Shown here: one piece after another, positions 49,325 to 59,636 of the stretch
Layout of the letters: the number at the start of each line of letters is the position of its first letter
Numbering within the stretch: the first letter of the stretch is position 1
Virus record (IMG/VR): IMGVR_UViG_2888028904_000001
Location: 1 to 64,000 of that record
Direction: 5' to 3' (one strand)
DNA from: a virus
Taxonomy: Duplodnaviria; Caudoviricetes
Length of the DNA: 64,000 nt
Position numbers and translations under genes: made by a program
The notes under the pieces: model-generated
The model's database searches: none
Told to the model about the DNA's origin: nothing
What the model saw: only the letters and a program-made list of their open reading frames with translations

Positions 49325-50350
49325 ATGCAATTATATAATAATGACGCATTGGTTGTGCTAAAAGTGTTACCAGAGAATTGTATTGATTTGATAGTGACAG
49401 ATCCCCCTTATTTTCGGGTTAAATCTTGTGCATGGGATAATCAGTGGGCAAATGAAGCTGAATACTTAGCGTGGCTAGATGACGTATTAACTGAGTTTTG
49501 GCGAGTATTGAAACCGAATGGAAGCTTGTATTTATTTTGTGGCTCTAAGCTTGCCTCTGATACTGAATTATTAGTAAAAGGGCGATTTAATATGTTAAGT
49601 CATATTATTTGGGCTAAACCTTCAGGCCCTTGGCGACGCCAGAATAAAGAAAGCCTGCGTACGTTTTTTCCTTCGACAGAACGAATATTGTTTGCGGAAC
49701 ATTATCAAAGACCAGTACAAGCAAAAGGAGCTGAGTTTGTTATAAAGTGTCGTGAACTCAAGCAACGAGTATTTAAACCTCTTATGGATTATTTTATCGA
49801 TGCACGATCAGCATTACAGGTTAGCGTTAAACAAATAAATAAAGTTACAGGGAAGAAAATGGCTAATCACTGGTTTGGTCGCAGTCAGTGGCAATTACCA
49901 TTAAAGGATGACTATCAAAAGTTACAAATATTATTTTCACAACGAGCTACGCATATTGATCAGTTATCACCCTTATTACGTACCTATGATGATTTGCTGT
50001 CAGAATATAAAATTTCTCAGATACGTTATCAAACATTGGTTGAAGAACACGGATTATTGAAGTGTCCTTTTTTTGTTACAGCTGATGTTTCTTACACTGA
50101 TGTATGGACATATCCTCCAGTGCAATATTATCCTGGGAAACATCCTTGTGAGAAACCATCAGATATGATGGAACATATTATTCGTTCTAGCAGTCGTGAA
50201 GGGGACTTAGTGGCCGATTTCTTTATGGGATCAGGGGCAACGATAAAGGCGGGATTAAAGTTAAATAGAAATGTGTTGGGAGTGGAGTTAGAGAAGGAGA
50301 GATTTGAGGTGACAAAAGAGGAGATAAATAATTATTTAAGAAATACATAA
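49325..50350 (+). CDS. Phage DNA N6/N4-methyltransferase
   Basis: DPPY, HPCEKP, DFFMGSG. Confidence 0.93.
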   Translation: MQLYNNDALVVLKVLPENCIDLIVTDPPYFRVKSCAWDNQWANEAEYLAWLDDVLTEFWRVLKPNGSLYLFCGSKLASDTELLVKGRFNMLSHIIWAKPSGPWRRQNKESLRTFFPSTERILFAEHYQRPVQAKGAEFVIKCRELKQRVFKPLMDYFIDARSALQVSVKQINKVTGKKMANHWFGRSQWQLPLKDDYQKLQILFSQRATHIDQLSPLLRTYDDLLSEYKISQIRYQTLVEEHGLLKCPFFVTADVSYTDVWTYPPVQYYPGKHPCEKPSDMMEHIIRSSSREGDLVADFFMGSGATIKAGLKLNRNVLGVELEKERFEVTKEEINNYLRNT

Positions 50351-50570
50351 AATATAAATAACTTCTTAATAAGAGTTATTCCTCTTAAGTATAATTTAAA
50401 TATTTTTAATTTTAATAACGCAATAAAACAATTGAATATTATTCAGTTGTTTATATAGTAAGTAATATTTTATTGTTAAACTATTCTTAATTAAATGGAC
50501 TTTCAGGTTTTATTTATTAGATGTCTATTAAATGATGGATTATGGTTTTCTATAAATGGAGATGTATAAA

Positions 50571-51050
50571 TTGGCAAATATTATTTATTTAAAGTTAAAT
50601 GGAAATAATCAAGGTTTAATTTCAAAAGGGTGTTCTACATTTGATTCTATTGGTAATAAATATCAATCTGGTCATGAAGATGAAATTTTAGTTTATGAAT
50701 TCTCATCAAATCTTTCAATGCATCAAAATGTAAGCTTTCAACCTATAGATATACGTAAGACAATCGATAAGGCATCCCCATTATTATCTCAATCATTAGT
50801 CTCTAATGAGTTATTAACATGTGAATTTTTCTTTTATAGAACATCAGGTAATAGTGGATTGGAGTTATATTACAAAATAAAATTAACAGATGCTTCAATA
50901 GTAAATATCAGTTGTTTCTATCCTAATTCTATAACACATAATGAAGTTCAACCCGAAGAGTCATTATCAATACGGTTTAAGTCAATAACATGGGAACATG
51001 TAACCGCAGGAACAAGTTCTTATAGTATTTGGGATGAAAGGATATTTTAA
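50571..51050 (+). CDS. hcp: Orphan Hcp/TssD
   Basis: QGLIS.GCST..SIGN.YQ.GHEDEI, K.IDKASPLL, I.W.H..AGT. Confidence 0.92.
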   Translation: MANIIYLKLNGNNQGLISKGCSTFDSIGNKYQSGHEDEILVYEFSSNLSMHQNVSFQPIDIRKTIDKASPLLSQSLVSNELLTCEFFFYRTSGNSGLELYYKIKLTDASIVNISCFYPNSITHNEVQPEESLSIRFKSITWEHVTAGTSSYSIWDERIF

Positions 51051-52018
51051 TGTTTTTTAGTTTTGAAGAAAAATTTGAAAGATATGCTAATGATATTAAA
51101 AGGTTATCCGAAATATCCGCAAGATACCTACTTACAGATGATTACTGTAAACAAGGATATAGAAGTGAAATAGCAGAAGTTGTAAGGTTAATTCGAGCTG
51201 ATTTTTATCGTGCATTATATAACCACAGAGAAAGATATAATCGAGTTGAAGGTTTTAGAGATACAGTAAAAGAGACATTTGGAGTTGGTTCTACGCCAGA
51301 AATAATGCAGTATCTCAATGAAATAGAAACTGAGTATGAAACTGAAATGTCTGCTTATTCTCAATTAAGAAAACAGAGTAAAGAACTCTATGAACTAACT
51401 AAAACTTTTTCTGGAACGGGATGGTATTTTTACCTTAAAGGTAGTCAAACTATTATAGGAGGAGGAATACAAAGTGCTTTTGGATATTTAAGCTTTAAGA
51501 TAGGCCGTAAAATTAGAAATAAAGAAATGCAAGGTGCAGGAATTATTGGTTTATCACTCGGTGGCGGTAAGTTTTTTGAAGGTGTATCAGATTTAGTGTA
51601 TGAATTTACTGATGGCGATATTAACTTTGGAGGGGATCCCGTTAAAGAGAGAATTCAGAAAGGATTTGAATTTTTGGGTTTGAATGAGAGTCATGGTGAG
51701 ATAGGCTATGATGTTATTGATATGACTGTTAGCGTATATAATGGATTCGCTGCTTTTGCTAAATATGACTCACCTAATCGTATTATTCATTTACCTGTCA
51801 CCATGGGTGGAAGAACTTATAGAGCAACACATTTTGATAGATTATTTACCAGTAAAGGTACTCGCTTATTTCGTTGGAGTTCATTAGATTTTAAGCGAAA
51901 ATTTAGCGTTCATAGCAATCCACTATTACTCACTACCTTAGGCTATAATATGGGAAAATTTATTCTAATATTAAAAAAATATAATAACGAAGATTCATCT
52001 AATGAAAATACTCATTAA
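51050..52018 (+). CDS. Hcp-linked putative effector (DUF4225-like)
   Basis: Overlaps hcp stop; Gly-rich hydrophobic hairpin GGGIQ..G. Confidence 0.55.
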   Translation: MFFSFEEKFERYANDIKRLSEISARYLLTDDYCKQGYRSEIAEVVRLIRADFYRALYNHRERYNRVEGFRDTVKETFGVGSTPEIMQYLNEIETEYETEMSAYSQLRKQSKELYELTKTFSGTGWYFYLKGSQTIIGGGIQSAFGYLSFKIGRKIRNKEMQGAGIIGLSLGGGKFFEGVSDLVYEFTDGDINFGGDPVKERIQKGFEFLGLNESHGEIGYDVIDMTVSVYNGFAAFAKYDSPNRIIHLPVTMGGRTYRATHFDRLFTSKGTRLFRWSSLDFKRKFSVHSNPLLLTTLGYNMGKFILILKKYNNEDSSNENTH

Positions 52019-52048
52019 GTTAGATTAATGTTCTAATTAAAAAATAGA

Positions 52049-52414
52049 TCATTTTTTCATTATATAGGTCATTATTGCAATTCTCTTTACTCTAAAGAAT
52101 AAAATTAGTGATATTTTATTATTAATACAATCATAGATAGTAATTACTAAACTCATGGTAAAGTAAATAAAAACTAAAACTAAGAATGAATAGAATAGAT
52201 GAGGTGTGGTTCCTAATGTGATTATACAAATGAAAACTATAGTAAGTGAAATAAATAATCCTTCAAATAAGATACGATCAAAGATAAATGTGTCAAAAAA
52301 CCATTTTTTGAAACTATCTTCTTTATTGGTTTGGTTGTTATAGGTTTGATTTATTTTTTTTACATCCTTGTCCGATAAGTTTTTAATTATTTTATCTATA
52401 TCGAATTTTTTCAT
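52049..52414 (-). CDS. Two-TM membrane protein, candidate immunity
   Basis: Hydrophobic segments; convergent with effector. Confidence 0.5.
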   Translation of the reverse strand: MKKFDIDKIIKNLSDKDVKKINQTYNNQTNKEDSFKKWFFDTFIFDRILFEGLFISLTIVFICIITLGTTPHLFYSFLVLVFIYFTMSLVITIYDCINNKISLILFFRVKRIAIMTYIMKK

Positions 52415-52528
52415 TATATTTTATCTCTAATTTTTATTTTTCTAATGATAACATAATTAAATATTAAATTGAATTATAAGATTCAATTATATTTATGAAA
52501 TGATACTTTTTAATAAAAAGGATCTTAA

Positions 52529-52999
52529 GTGCAATTAAAACGGAAAGCAATTGTATTAAGTAGCACCAGTGCCGTTACTATAGCCTTAACTCTTATTAGT
52601 TATTTAGAAGGAATAAAATACAAATCCTATTATGATATTGCGGGTGTTCTGACGGTTTGTTACGGCCATACTGGCAATGACATCATTCAGAATAGGCTAT
52701 ACACACAGCAAGAATGTGATGCTTTATTACAAAAAGATTTTATTAAAATACAACGACAAGTCGATGTTTTAGTTAAAGTATCTCTCGATAATCACACTAA
52801 AGCCTCTTTATATTCTTTTGCTTATAATGTTGGAATAACCTCATTTTCACATTCTACTTTACTCAAGAAATTAAACGAAGGTGATCAATATGGCGCTTGT
52901 GAAGAAATGAAACGCTGGATTTATGCTGGTGGAAAAGTATGGAAAGGCTTAATTAATCGCCGTGAAATGGAATCTGCTTTATGCCATGGAAATCTTTAA
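52529..52999 (+). CDS. Lysozyme (SAR-type endolysin)
   Basis: EG....Y.DIAGVLTVCYGHT; paralog of 16712. Confidence 0.93.
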   Translation: MQLKRKAIVLSSTSAVTIALTLISYLEGIKYKSYYDIAGVLTVCYGHTGNDIIQNRLYTQQECDALLQKDFIKIQRQVDVLVKVSLDNHTKASLYSFAYNVGITSFSHSTLLKKLNEGDQYGACEEMKRWIYAGGKVWKGLINRREMESALCHGNL

Positions 53000-53139
53000 T
53001 TATTATTTTGTGTTTTATTATTACTCTTTTTCTTATTGTTATCTTCAGTTTTTATCTTTCCATTGATCCTTCTTGTTCTAATGATAAATCGAGTTTAGTT
53101 AAACGCTGTCAACGCGCTATTTCTCATCATAGGTATTAA
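52981..53139 (+). CDS. 52-aa single-TM protein with C-x10-C
   Basis: MPWKSLIIIL..DPSCSNDKSSLVKRCQRAISHHRY; homolog of 17164. Confidence 0.7.
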   Translation: MPWKSLIIILCFIITLFLIVIFSFYLSIDPSCSNDKSSLVKRCQRAISHHRY

Positions 53140-53145
53140 TCAATA

Positions 53146-53607
53146 ATGAATTGGAAGTTTTATATCGCGACTATGGCGATAGTTATTATTGCTGGTGGTT
53201 ATATGGTGATAAATGAGCAATCAAAAAAACTCAATAGATTAAACAATGCTAACAAGGAATTAGACAGTCGTTTAAAAGAACTAGTGAATATAAATCACGA
53301 TTATCAAAAACGGGTAACTCTATTAAATCAACTCGATATTAAACATACTCAGGAATTAGTTAATGCGAAAAAAAAAATTGATGAGTTGCGTATTTTGGCT
53401 GAGCGTAATCCTAAGCGGGTGTATATCAGAGCCGAGTGCTCCTCCCGTATCACCACAAATTCTTCCTCCAGCATGGATGATGCAATTCCCACCAGACCTA
53501 CTGACACCGCTCTCCGAAATTATTGGCTACTTAGAGAACGAATTGCCGAGTCGGAAAGAATGATTAAGGGATTGCAGGAGTATATAAGATATGAGTGTTC
53601 ACAATAA
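53146..53607 (+). CDS. Rz: Rz i-spanin
   Basis: Paralog of 17325. Confidence 0.87.
   Translation: MNWKFYIATMAIVIIAGGYMVINEQSKKLNRLNNANKELDSRLKELVNINHDYQKRVTLLNQLDIKHTQELVNAKKKIDELRILAERNPKRVYIRAECSSRITTNSSSSMDDAIPTRPTDTALRNYWLLRERIAESERMIKGLQEYIRYECSQ
53363..53563 (+). CDS. Rz1: Rz1 o-spanin
   Basis: LSGC lipobox, PPAWMMQ.PP. Confidence 0.8.
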   Translation: MRKKKLMSCVFWLSVILSGCISEPSAPPVSPQILPPAWMMQFPPDLLTPLSEIIGYLENELPSRKE

Positions 53608-53770
53608 TTAAAAATATTCAAATAAATTACAAAAATAAGTTGAATAATAAAGGAAGCTATGAGTAATGTTAAATAGAAATAAATACTTTTACAATGCGTG
53701 GTCAAAATCAGGTAATTATGCATTACAGAGTGTTAGTATCATCGAATATTAATCAGGCATGAGGTTATAT

Positions 53771-54148
53771 ATGGGAAATTACGGTAAAGCAGCAGTACAG
53801 ACTGTATTGAATTATGATGATAAAGTGAATTTACGTGAGCAATGGACGAATGCGATATCAAAAGAAACAACTAGTAAATCATCAATTAATAAAGGATGCC
53901 CTAAAGGTGCATTTCTTGGTTTATGTGAGCTTGGTTTAGTGAAGAACATCCCATCAAATAATTATAAAGCGGGTATAGCTAATAAACACCATGCGAAAGA
54001 ACTTTTAGCATTAGCAATAGAGAACCCAAATATAACAGCCATCGAATGTTTTCGGTTATATCAAAAAAACAATGATGATTTACCTAAAAATCATAATGGG
54101 CAAGCCGATGTGGTTATTAGCCTTTTAGAAGCAAACCTTATTAAATAA
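53771..54148 (+). CDS. DUF6979-like hypothetical protein
   Basis: YG.AAV..W...S..KGCPKGAFLGLC..G. Confidence 0.65.
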   Translation: MGNYGKAAVQTVLNYDDKVNLREQWTNAISKETTSKSSINKGCPKGAFLGLCELGLVKNIPSNNYKAGIANKHHAKELLALAIENPNITAIECFRLYQKNNDDLPKNHNGQADVVISLLEANLIK

Positions 54149-54178
54149 TAAATTAGATTGAAGAACAGTTAATTAAAA

Positions 54179-54235
54179 AGGTACTCCCAATAGCCTCCCT
54201 TCCCGCGGGGCGGGGGCTTCGCGGAAAACGTCAAA
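54179..54235 (+). other. Lambda-like cos (cosQ AGGTACT; cosN GGGCGGGGGCTT at 54208-54219)
   Basis: Resembles lambda GGGTCCT...GGGCGGCGACCTCGCGG; upstream of terS. Confidence 0.7.
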
Positions 54236-54467
54236 TTTTTGTATTTTATTTCAGCATCACCACTACTTAATTAACTTATTGATTTTTAAATATACAAACA
54301 ATAAATACTGATGTCTGTGAACGTTTTTTGTTCATCATCAGATTGATAGCACATGATTTTCCACAGGGACTTTTCCTTAATATCCATAAGAATGTGATGT
54401 AGTAACTTGTATTTATTATATTCTGTACGTATATCATAATTTATTATTCACAAATGGAATTCTCATA

Positions 54468-54968
54468 ATGAAACTTGAAAATAAATTAATGTTACGTGTT
54501 TTTGGTGCAAGTAAGCGTGGTAAAACACAAACACTAATTCAATTGATTAGAAAATTAAAATCAGATAAAAGCTATACTGTTCGTTTAGAACCAAAAGAAA
54601 ACCCTTTAGCTAAAAATGATGAAATAGCTATTTTTGAGAAAGATGGTTTAAAAATAGGGATATCTACAGGTGGTGATAACGAAAAAATTATAAGAAAAGC
54701 AGTGGAAGAGTTAATTGAAGAAAACTGTAATTTTATAATTTCTGCAACAAGAACTAGAGGTCAGACAAAAAAAGAACTTTATAAACTGGTCAATGAACAT
54801 GAATATCAAAAACAGTGGTTCAAGAAAAATACAAATATAGATTATTGGTGTAATAAATGGCCTCATAAAGGTGAAGATTTTGACAAAAGAAAAGCCGAAT
54901 ATTTCAATAAATTAAACGAAACAGATGCTCAATTTCTTTTTGACTATATTGATTCCCTAACAAAATAA
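54468..54968 (+). CDS. Small P-loop-like protein (moron)
   Basis: GASKRGKT; ISTGGD; terminator at ~54989-55010. Confidence 0.6.
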   Translation: MKLENKLMLRVFGASKRGKTQTLIQLIRKLKSDKSYTVRLEPKENPLAKNDEIAIFEKDGLKIGISTGGDNEKIIRKAVEELIEENCNFIISATRTRGQTKKELYKLVNEHEYQKQWFKKNTNIDYWCNKWPHKGEDFDKRKAEYFNKLNETDAQFLFDYIDSLTK

Positions 54969-55028
54969 AGTTAAATACCACTATGAACACCCGCTTAACG
55001 CGGGTTTTTTATTCACTATTTACATGCA

Positions 55029-55508
55029 ATGATGGTTCAAAAACTCAAACAGCTAACACTCAATATTAGTCAGATAGCTGCATTATCAGGAATACATCGA
55101 CAGACCGTTTCATCACGCCTTAAAAATCTCACGCCCGTTAATACCAATAACTCAAACCTCAAACTTTATGCACTTAGCGATATTTTAGCTGAAACAATGA
55201 AAGCTCCTGCATCGATTGATAGTCAAGACATGCAACCTCAAGATCGCAAAGCGTGGTATCAATCAGAACGAGAACGATTGAAATTCGAGCAAGAAATAGG
55301 GGTGTTATTACCTGCTTCTGATGTTGCTCGTGAATATGCGGCTTTAGCGAAAGCCATGATACAGGTGTTAGAGACGTTACCAGATATATTAGAGCGCGAT
55401 TGTGCATTAACGCCTTCGGCGGTTTTTCAAATACAAGCGGTGATTGATGACCTACGTGATCAAATAGCGATAAAAGTGCTAGCAGACGATGAGCTTAAGG
55501 AGGATTAA
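55029..55508 (+). CDS. terS: Terminase small subunit (DUF1441/Nu1-like)
   Basis: LNISQIA...HRQTV; PQDRKAWYQSERER; LPDILERD. Confidence 0.9.
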   Translation: MMVQKLKQLTLNISQIAALSGIHRQTVSSRLKNLTPVNTNNSNLKLYALSDILAETMKAPASIDSQDMQPQDRKAWYQSERERLKFEQEIGVLLPASDVAREYAALAKAMIQVLETLPDILERDCALTPSAVFQIQAVIDDLRDQIAIKVLADDELKED

Positions 55509-55519
55509 AAGGAGGAGAA

Positions 55520-58500
55520 ATGGGTAAACCAATATCTGCCTCTTTATTACGTAAAAATGTGGCTCAACTCATTAAAGCACCGAGGCGAATGCCAGTTGCG
55601 GATGCCGTGGCAAAATATATGCGAGTGCCTGTGGGAGCGGGTAACTCTGTTCCTTGGGATCCCGCCGTATCCCCTTATATTGTTGAACCCATGAATTGTT
55701 TATCGTCACGGCTCTATGATGCAGTGATATTTGTGGGGCCTGCGAGAACAGGAAAGACCGTTGGGTTAATTGATGGGTGGGTGATTTACAATATTGTGTG
55801 TGATCCGTCGGATATGTTGCTGGTACAAATGACGCAAGATAAAGCACAAGAGCACAGCAAAAAACGGCTTTCTCGTACCTTCCGTTGCAGTCCTGAAGTC
55901 AGTAAGCAACTCAGTCCTCGTCGTAACGATAATAACGTATTTGATAAATACTTTTTATCGGGCAGTTTTTTAAAAATGGGGTGGCCATCGATTAACGTGA
56001 TGTCCTCTTCGGACTTTAAATGTGTGGCGCTTACCGATTATGACCGTTTTCCCGAAGATATCGATGGTGAAGGAGATGGTTTTTCTTTAGCCTCAAAACG
56101 GACAACCACCTTTATGTCAGCGGGTATGACGCTGGTGGAAAGCTCAGCTATTGAATCACGCAAACAAGCCGATGCTTTTTTAGAGCAAGCTCAAAGTGTT
56201 GGGCAAACGAGAGATGCACTCGAACAACTCACTGAGGTTTTAAATAAATCCACAAAGGCTTATGACAAGCTCAAAATTACAGGTGAGCAGTTTGCCGAAA
56301 TTCAAAATGTCACTCAATCAAGAATAAAGGCGATACAAGATCAACAAGATGCGAATACTGAAAAATACTACAAACAAATCGAAGCCGTTAAAGGATTATC
56401 AGGTAGTGCATCAGCATTAAGAGCGATTCAGGCTCAGTTAAACCAAGAAGTGAAGAAAGGCACTATCCATCAGCGCGATTATCAGGTGCTTATTTCTGCT
56501 ATTACTTCAGAGTCAATGAAGTTACGCCGAGAAGAAGAGTCTCTAACACAACAAAAAACACGGTTTATTCAGCGACTAAAAGAACAGGTTGCCACTCAAA
56601 ATTTAAGTCGCGAGCAAATGTTGCGTTATCAAGCCTCTCAACTTGGTGTCAGTTCTTCAGCCGAGATCTATATTCGTCGCTTATCTGAATCGAACAAAGA
56701 AACTAAAGAGTTTGATAAAAACAGCAAGTCATTAGCTAGCCGTCTTCAGAGTATTGCCAATTCCTTTAATATGGGCTCACTGGTTCGCGGTGGTATTTGG
56801 GGAGGAATTACTGCAGGTCTAACGGGTGTTGCAAAATTAGCCTATGATGCAGAAAGAGAGTTTTCTCAATTTAATAAGCAGTTGATCTTAACAGGTAACT
56901 ACGCCAATAAATCTGCTAGCCAATTAAATGAAATGTCGCGAACCCTTGCGGGTGGCGGTATTACGCGTGGTGAAATGGCATCATCCATTTCGAGTGTTGT
57001 CGGTACAGGCGTATTTTCAAATAATGAGATTTCCCGTGTTTCAAAAGCGGTCGCACAGATGAATTACATCACAGGGCAGGCGATTGATACCACGATTGAT
57101 CAGTTTAAACGCTTGCAAGATGAACCACTTCAAATGTCGCTTGAATTAGAAAAAGCGAACCACCACCTCACAGCATCCCAATTAGAGCAAATCAGAACAC
57201 TCGAATTACAAGGTAATAAAACCGAAGCCGCTAAGCTGGCGATTGATGCTTATGCGCAATCTATTAATGATGGCGCTAATGATATTGTTGAAAATCTTGG
57301 ATACTTAGAGTCAGCATGGCTAGGGATAAAAAATACAGCGAAAAAAGGCTGGGATGCCATGCTCAATATTGGGCGTACAGAGACATTAAACGATCAAATT
57401 AGAGAGCAAGAGTCATTATTAAAGAGTCTCAGTAATATTGCTATCACTCCTCAATATCGTCTTGATGAAATCAAAGCAAAAATCGCCACTTTAAAAGAGC
57501 AAGTGGGCGATATCGATCTTAAAAATGCACAAAAACAAGCAGAAGTGGTGGCAAATCAATTAGAAGTGAACCAAATCAGGTTACAAGAAAAATGGCGAAG
57601 TTTTTATAGTTGGGAAACACAACGGCTAAAGAAATTAGCTGAATTAGAAAAAGAGAAACATGCCTTAACCAAAGAGCAGTATGAAGAAGCTAAAGCGATG
57701 ATCAATTACCGATTAAGAGATCGGCAAATACCAGGAAGAGGACGAGAAAGTGGAAATCGCGTCTCTGCTGGAAGACGCGAAGAAGAGAACGCTTCGCGTG
57801 ATTTATTCACATTACAAGCCCAGCTTGATGTACTTAGAAAACATCACAATACGTATCAACAAATTAGCCAACAACGTAAAGACTTACAAAAACAACAAGC
57901 GCAATTTACCCTCTTAGAACAAGCCTCTCAGTCTCGACAATTAACGGTAACTGAAAAATCATTATTAGCTCACAAAGATAATATCCTCTCACAAAAAGAA
58001 AAATTAGCATTAATTGGCGATGAAATCGTATTACAGCAACGCTTAAACAAGATGCAAGCGCAAGCTGAAAAATATCTCACTCAACAAATTAAAAAACGTC
58101 AAGCAATAGAGGCAAATGCAGGACTTTCTCGCCAAGAAATTCAACGAAATAATCAGCGCGAGCAATTATTAGCAGACAATAAAGATAATCCTCAATTATC
58201 CATGATGATCGCAGAGCAACAAAAAACATTTGAAGCGGAGGACAATCAACGAAACAACTGGTTAGCAGGGGCGAAAAGTGCGTGGGCTGATTATCGTGAG
58301 ACGGCATTAGATGTTAACACACAAGTTAAAAATGCCACATCAATGGCATTAGACGGATTTAGTAGCCAGTTAACAGATGTATTAGTAGAAAGAGAAGCTG
58401 ACTTTAAAGCATTCACTAAATCGATATTTAAAATGATCACGAATATCTTAGTTAAAATGGCTTTAATAAAAGGTCTAGAAGCCTTCGGTTTTGGTGGTTT

Positions 58501-58861
58501 TAGTGCACCTGTCGCCAATGCGAAAGGAGGTGTTTATTCCTCATCAAGCCTTAGCCGTTATAGTGGACACATCGTCAATCGGCCTACATTGTTTGCCTTT
58601 GCTAAAGGCGCAGGAGTGATGGGGGAAGCTGGGCCTGAAGGTATTTTTCCTCTTCGCCGAGGGATTGATGGCAAATTAGGTGTTATTGCTAAAATACCGA
58701 ATCAAGGTGCAGGATTCACTCAAATCAATAATGTCACTATTCAAAATGAAAGCAGTCATGGGCAAATTAGCCCTCATGTGCTGAAAAAAATCTATGAGAT
58801 AAGCAAGCGAGGGGCTCAAGATTATATTTTAAGTCAGCGCCGTGATGGTGGTGGAATGTAG
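55520..58861 (+). CDS. In-frame fusion of gpA-type terminase N-terminus (aa 1-209) to lambda H-type tape measure
   Basis: GPARTGKT and TDYD motifs, switch at LVESS|AIESRKQ (56146), TMP C-terminus FAKG.G.MGEAGPE. Confidence 0.88.
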   Translation: MGKPISASLLRKNVAQLIKAPRRMPVADAVAKYMRVPVGAGNSVPWDPAVSPYIVEPMNCLSSRLYDAVIFVGPARTGKTVGLIDGWVIYNIVCDPSDMLLVQMTQDKAQEHSKKRLSRTFRCSPEVSKQLSPRRNDNNVFDKYFLSGSFLKMGWPSINVMSSSDFKCVALTDYDRFPEDIDGEGDGFSLASKRTTTFMSAGMTLVESSAIESRKQADAFLEQAQSVGQTRDALEQLTEVLNKSTKAYDKLKITGEQFAEIQNVTQSRIKAIQDQQDANTEKYYKQIEAVKGLSGSASALRAIQAQLNQEVKKGTIHQRDYQVLISAITSESMKLRREEESLTQQKTRFIQRLKEQVATQNLSREQMLRYQASQLGVSSSAEIYIRRLSESNKETKEFDKNSKSLASRLQSIANSFNMGSLVRGGIWGGITAGLTGVAKLAYDAEREFSQFNKQLILTGNYANKSASQLNEMSRTLAGGGITRGEMASSISSVVGTGVFSNNEISRVSKAVAQMNYITGQAIDTTIDQFKRLQDEPLQMSLELEKANHHLTASQLEQIRTLELQGNKTEAAKLAIDAYAQSINDGANDIVENLGYLESAWLGIKNTAKKGWDAMLNIGRTETLNDQIREQESLLKSLSNIAITPQYRLDEIKAKIATLKEQVGDIDLKNAQKQAEVVANQLEVNQIRLQEKWRSFYSWETQRLKKLAELEKEKHALTKEQYEEAKAMINYRLRDRQIPGRGRESGNRVSAGRREEENASRDLFTLQAQLDVLRKHHNTYQQISQQRKDLQKQQAQFTLLEQASQSRQLTVTEKSLLAHKDNILSQKEKLALIGDEIVLQQRLNKMQAQAEKYLTQQIKKRQAIEANAGLSRQEIQRNNQREQLLADNKDNPQLSMMIAEQQKTFEAEDNQRNNWLAGAKSAWADYRETALDVNTQVKNATSMALDGFSSQLTDVLVEREADFKAFTKSIFKMITNILVKMALIKGLEAFGFGGFSAPVANAKGGVYSSSSLSRYSGHIVNRPTLFAFAKGAGVMGEAGPEGIFPLRRGIDGKLGVIAKIPNQGAGFTQINNVTIQNESSHGQISPHVLKKIYEISKRGAQDYILSQRRDGGGM

Positions 58862-58868
58862 GATATAT

Positions 58869-59198
58869 ATGGACGTTTTTAAATGGAAAGTGAAGCCTGA
58901 TATGACCAAAGTATCTGAACCTAGAGTGAAATCGGTAAAACTGGGGGAGGGTTATGAACAACGACGACCTGACGGATTAAATTCTAATACAGTCAAATAT
59001 AATGTCACATTTCTATCAACACATGCTGAATCACAAGAAATCGATCGTTTTTTAGCAAAACATCAAGGTGTTAAAGCCTTTCTTTGGCAACCTCCATACC
59101 AAGCTGACTATATCAAGGTGATTTGCCGTAAATGGTCAGAACAAGTCAAACTAATGCGCAGTGAAATTGAAGCTGAATTTGAACAAGTGGTAAATTAA
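58869..59198 (+). CDS. Minor tail protein M
   Basis: V.LG.GYEQR..DGLN, FL..H.GV.AFLW.PP. Confidence 0.9.
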   Translation: MDVFKWKVKPDMTKVSEPRVKSVKLGEGYEQRRPDGLNSNTVKYNVTFLSTHAESQEIDRFLAKHQGVKAFLWQPPYQADYIKVICRKWSEQVKLMRSEIEAEFEQVVN

Positions 59199-59333
59199 TA
59201 AAATTAATTATTACTGTGTAATCAGTCTGAAAATAAAGAATAGAAGAGGAAAATGATTTTTTTGTCTCTGATACATGTATAGAGTATGCTTACATTTTTC
59301 TTTTATAGCGAGATTAGTGTGGGAGAATTAATA

Positions 59334-59636
59334 ATGTCGAAATTCACTTTAGAGGGTAATGAAGATTTACCTGCTGTGTTTGGTGGCTATTTAGTGATTT
59401 TAAAAGACAATAAAGAGCTTGCGGTTGTGAGTGTACCTTCATTCAATTTACTTGCTGATAGATATAGAGATAGTGTCATTGAAAATGATGATTCATTTGA
59501 AGATGATGAGGGTAACGAATATATGATAAATATTTATTCTTCAAATACAGGTATCGATTGGAATTTAGAAATTGGATCACAGAATGAGGAGATATTAAAC
59601 CATATAAAAGTGGAGTATCAACCCAATGACTACTAA
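59334..59636 (+). CDS. Acidic hypothetical protein (possibly N-terminal part of a split HEPN gene)
   Basis: RBS; overlaps next ORF by 11 bp. Confidence 0.5.
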   Translation: MSKFTLEGNEDLPAVFGGYLVILKDNKELAVVSVPSFNLLADRYRDSVIENDDSFEDDEGNEYMINIYSSNTGIDWNLEIGSQNEEILNHIKVEYQPNDY

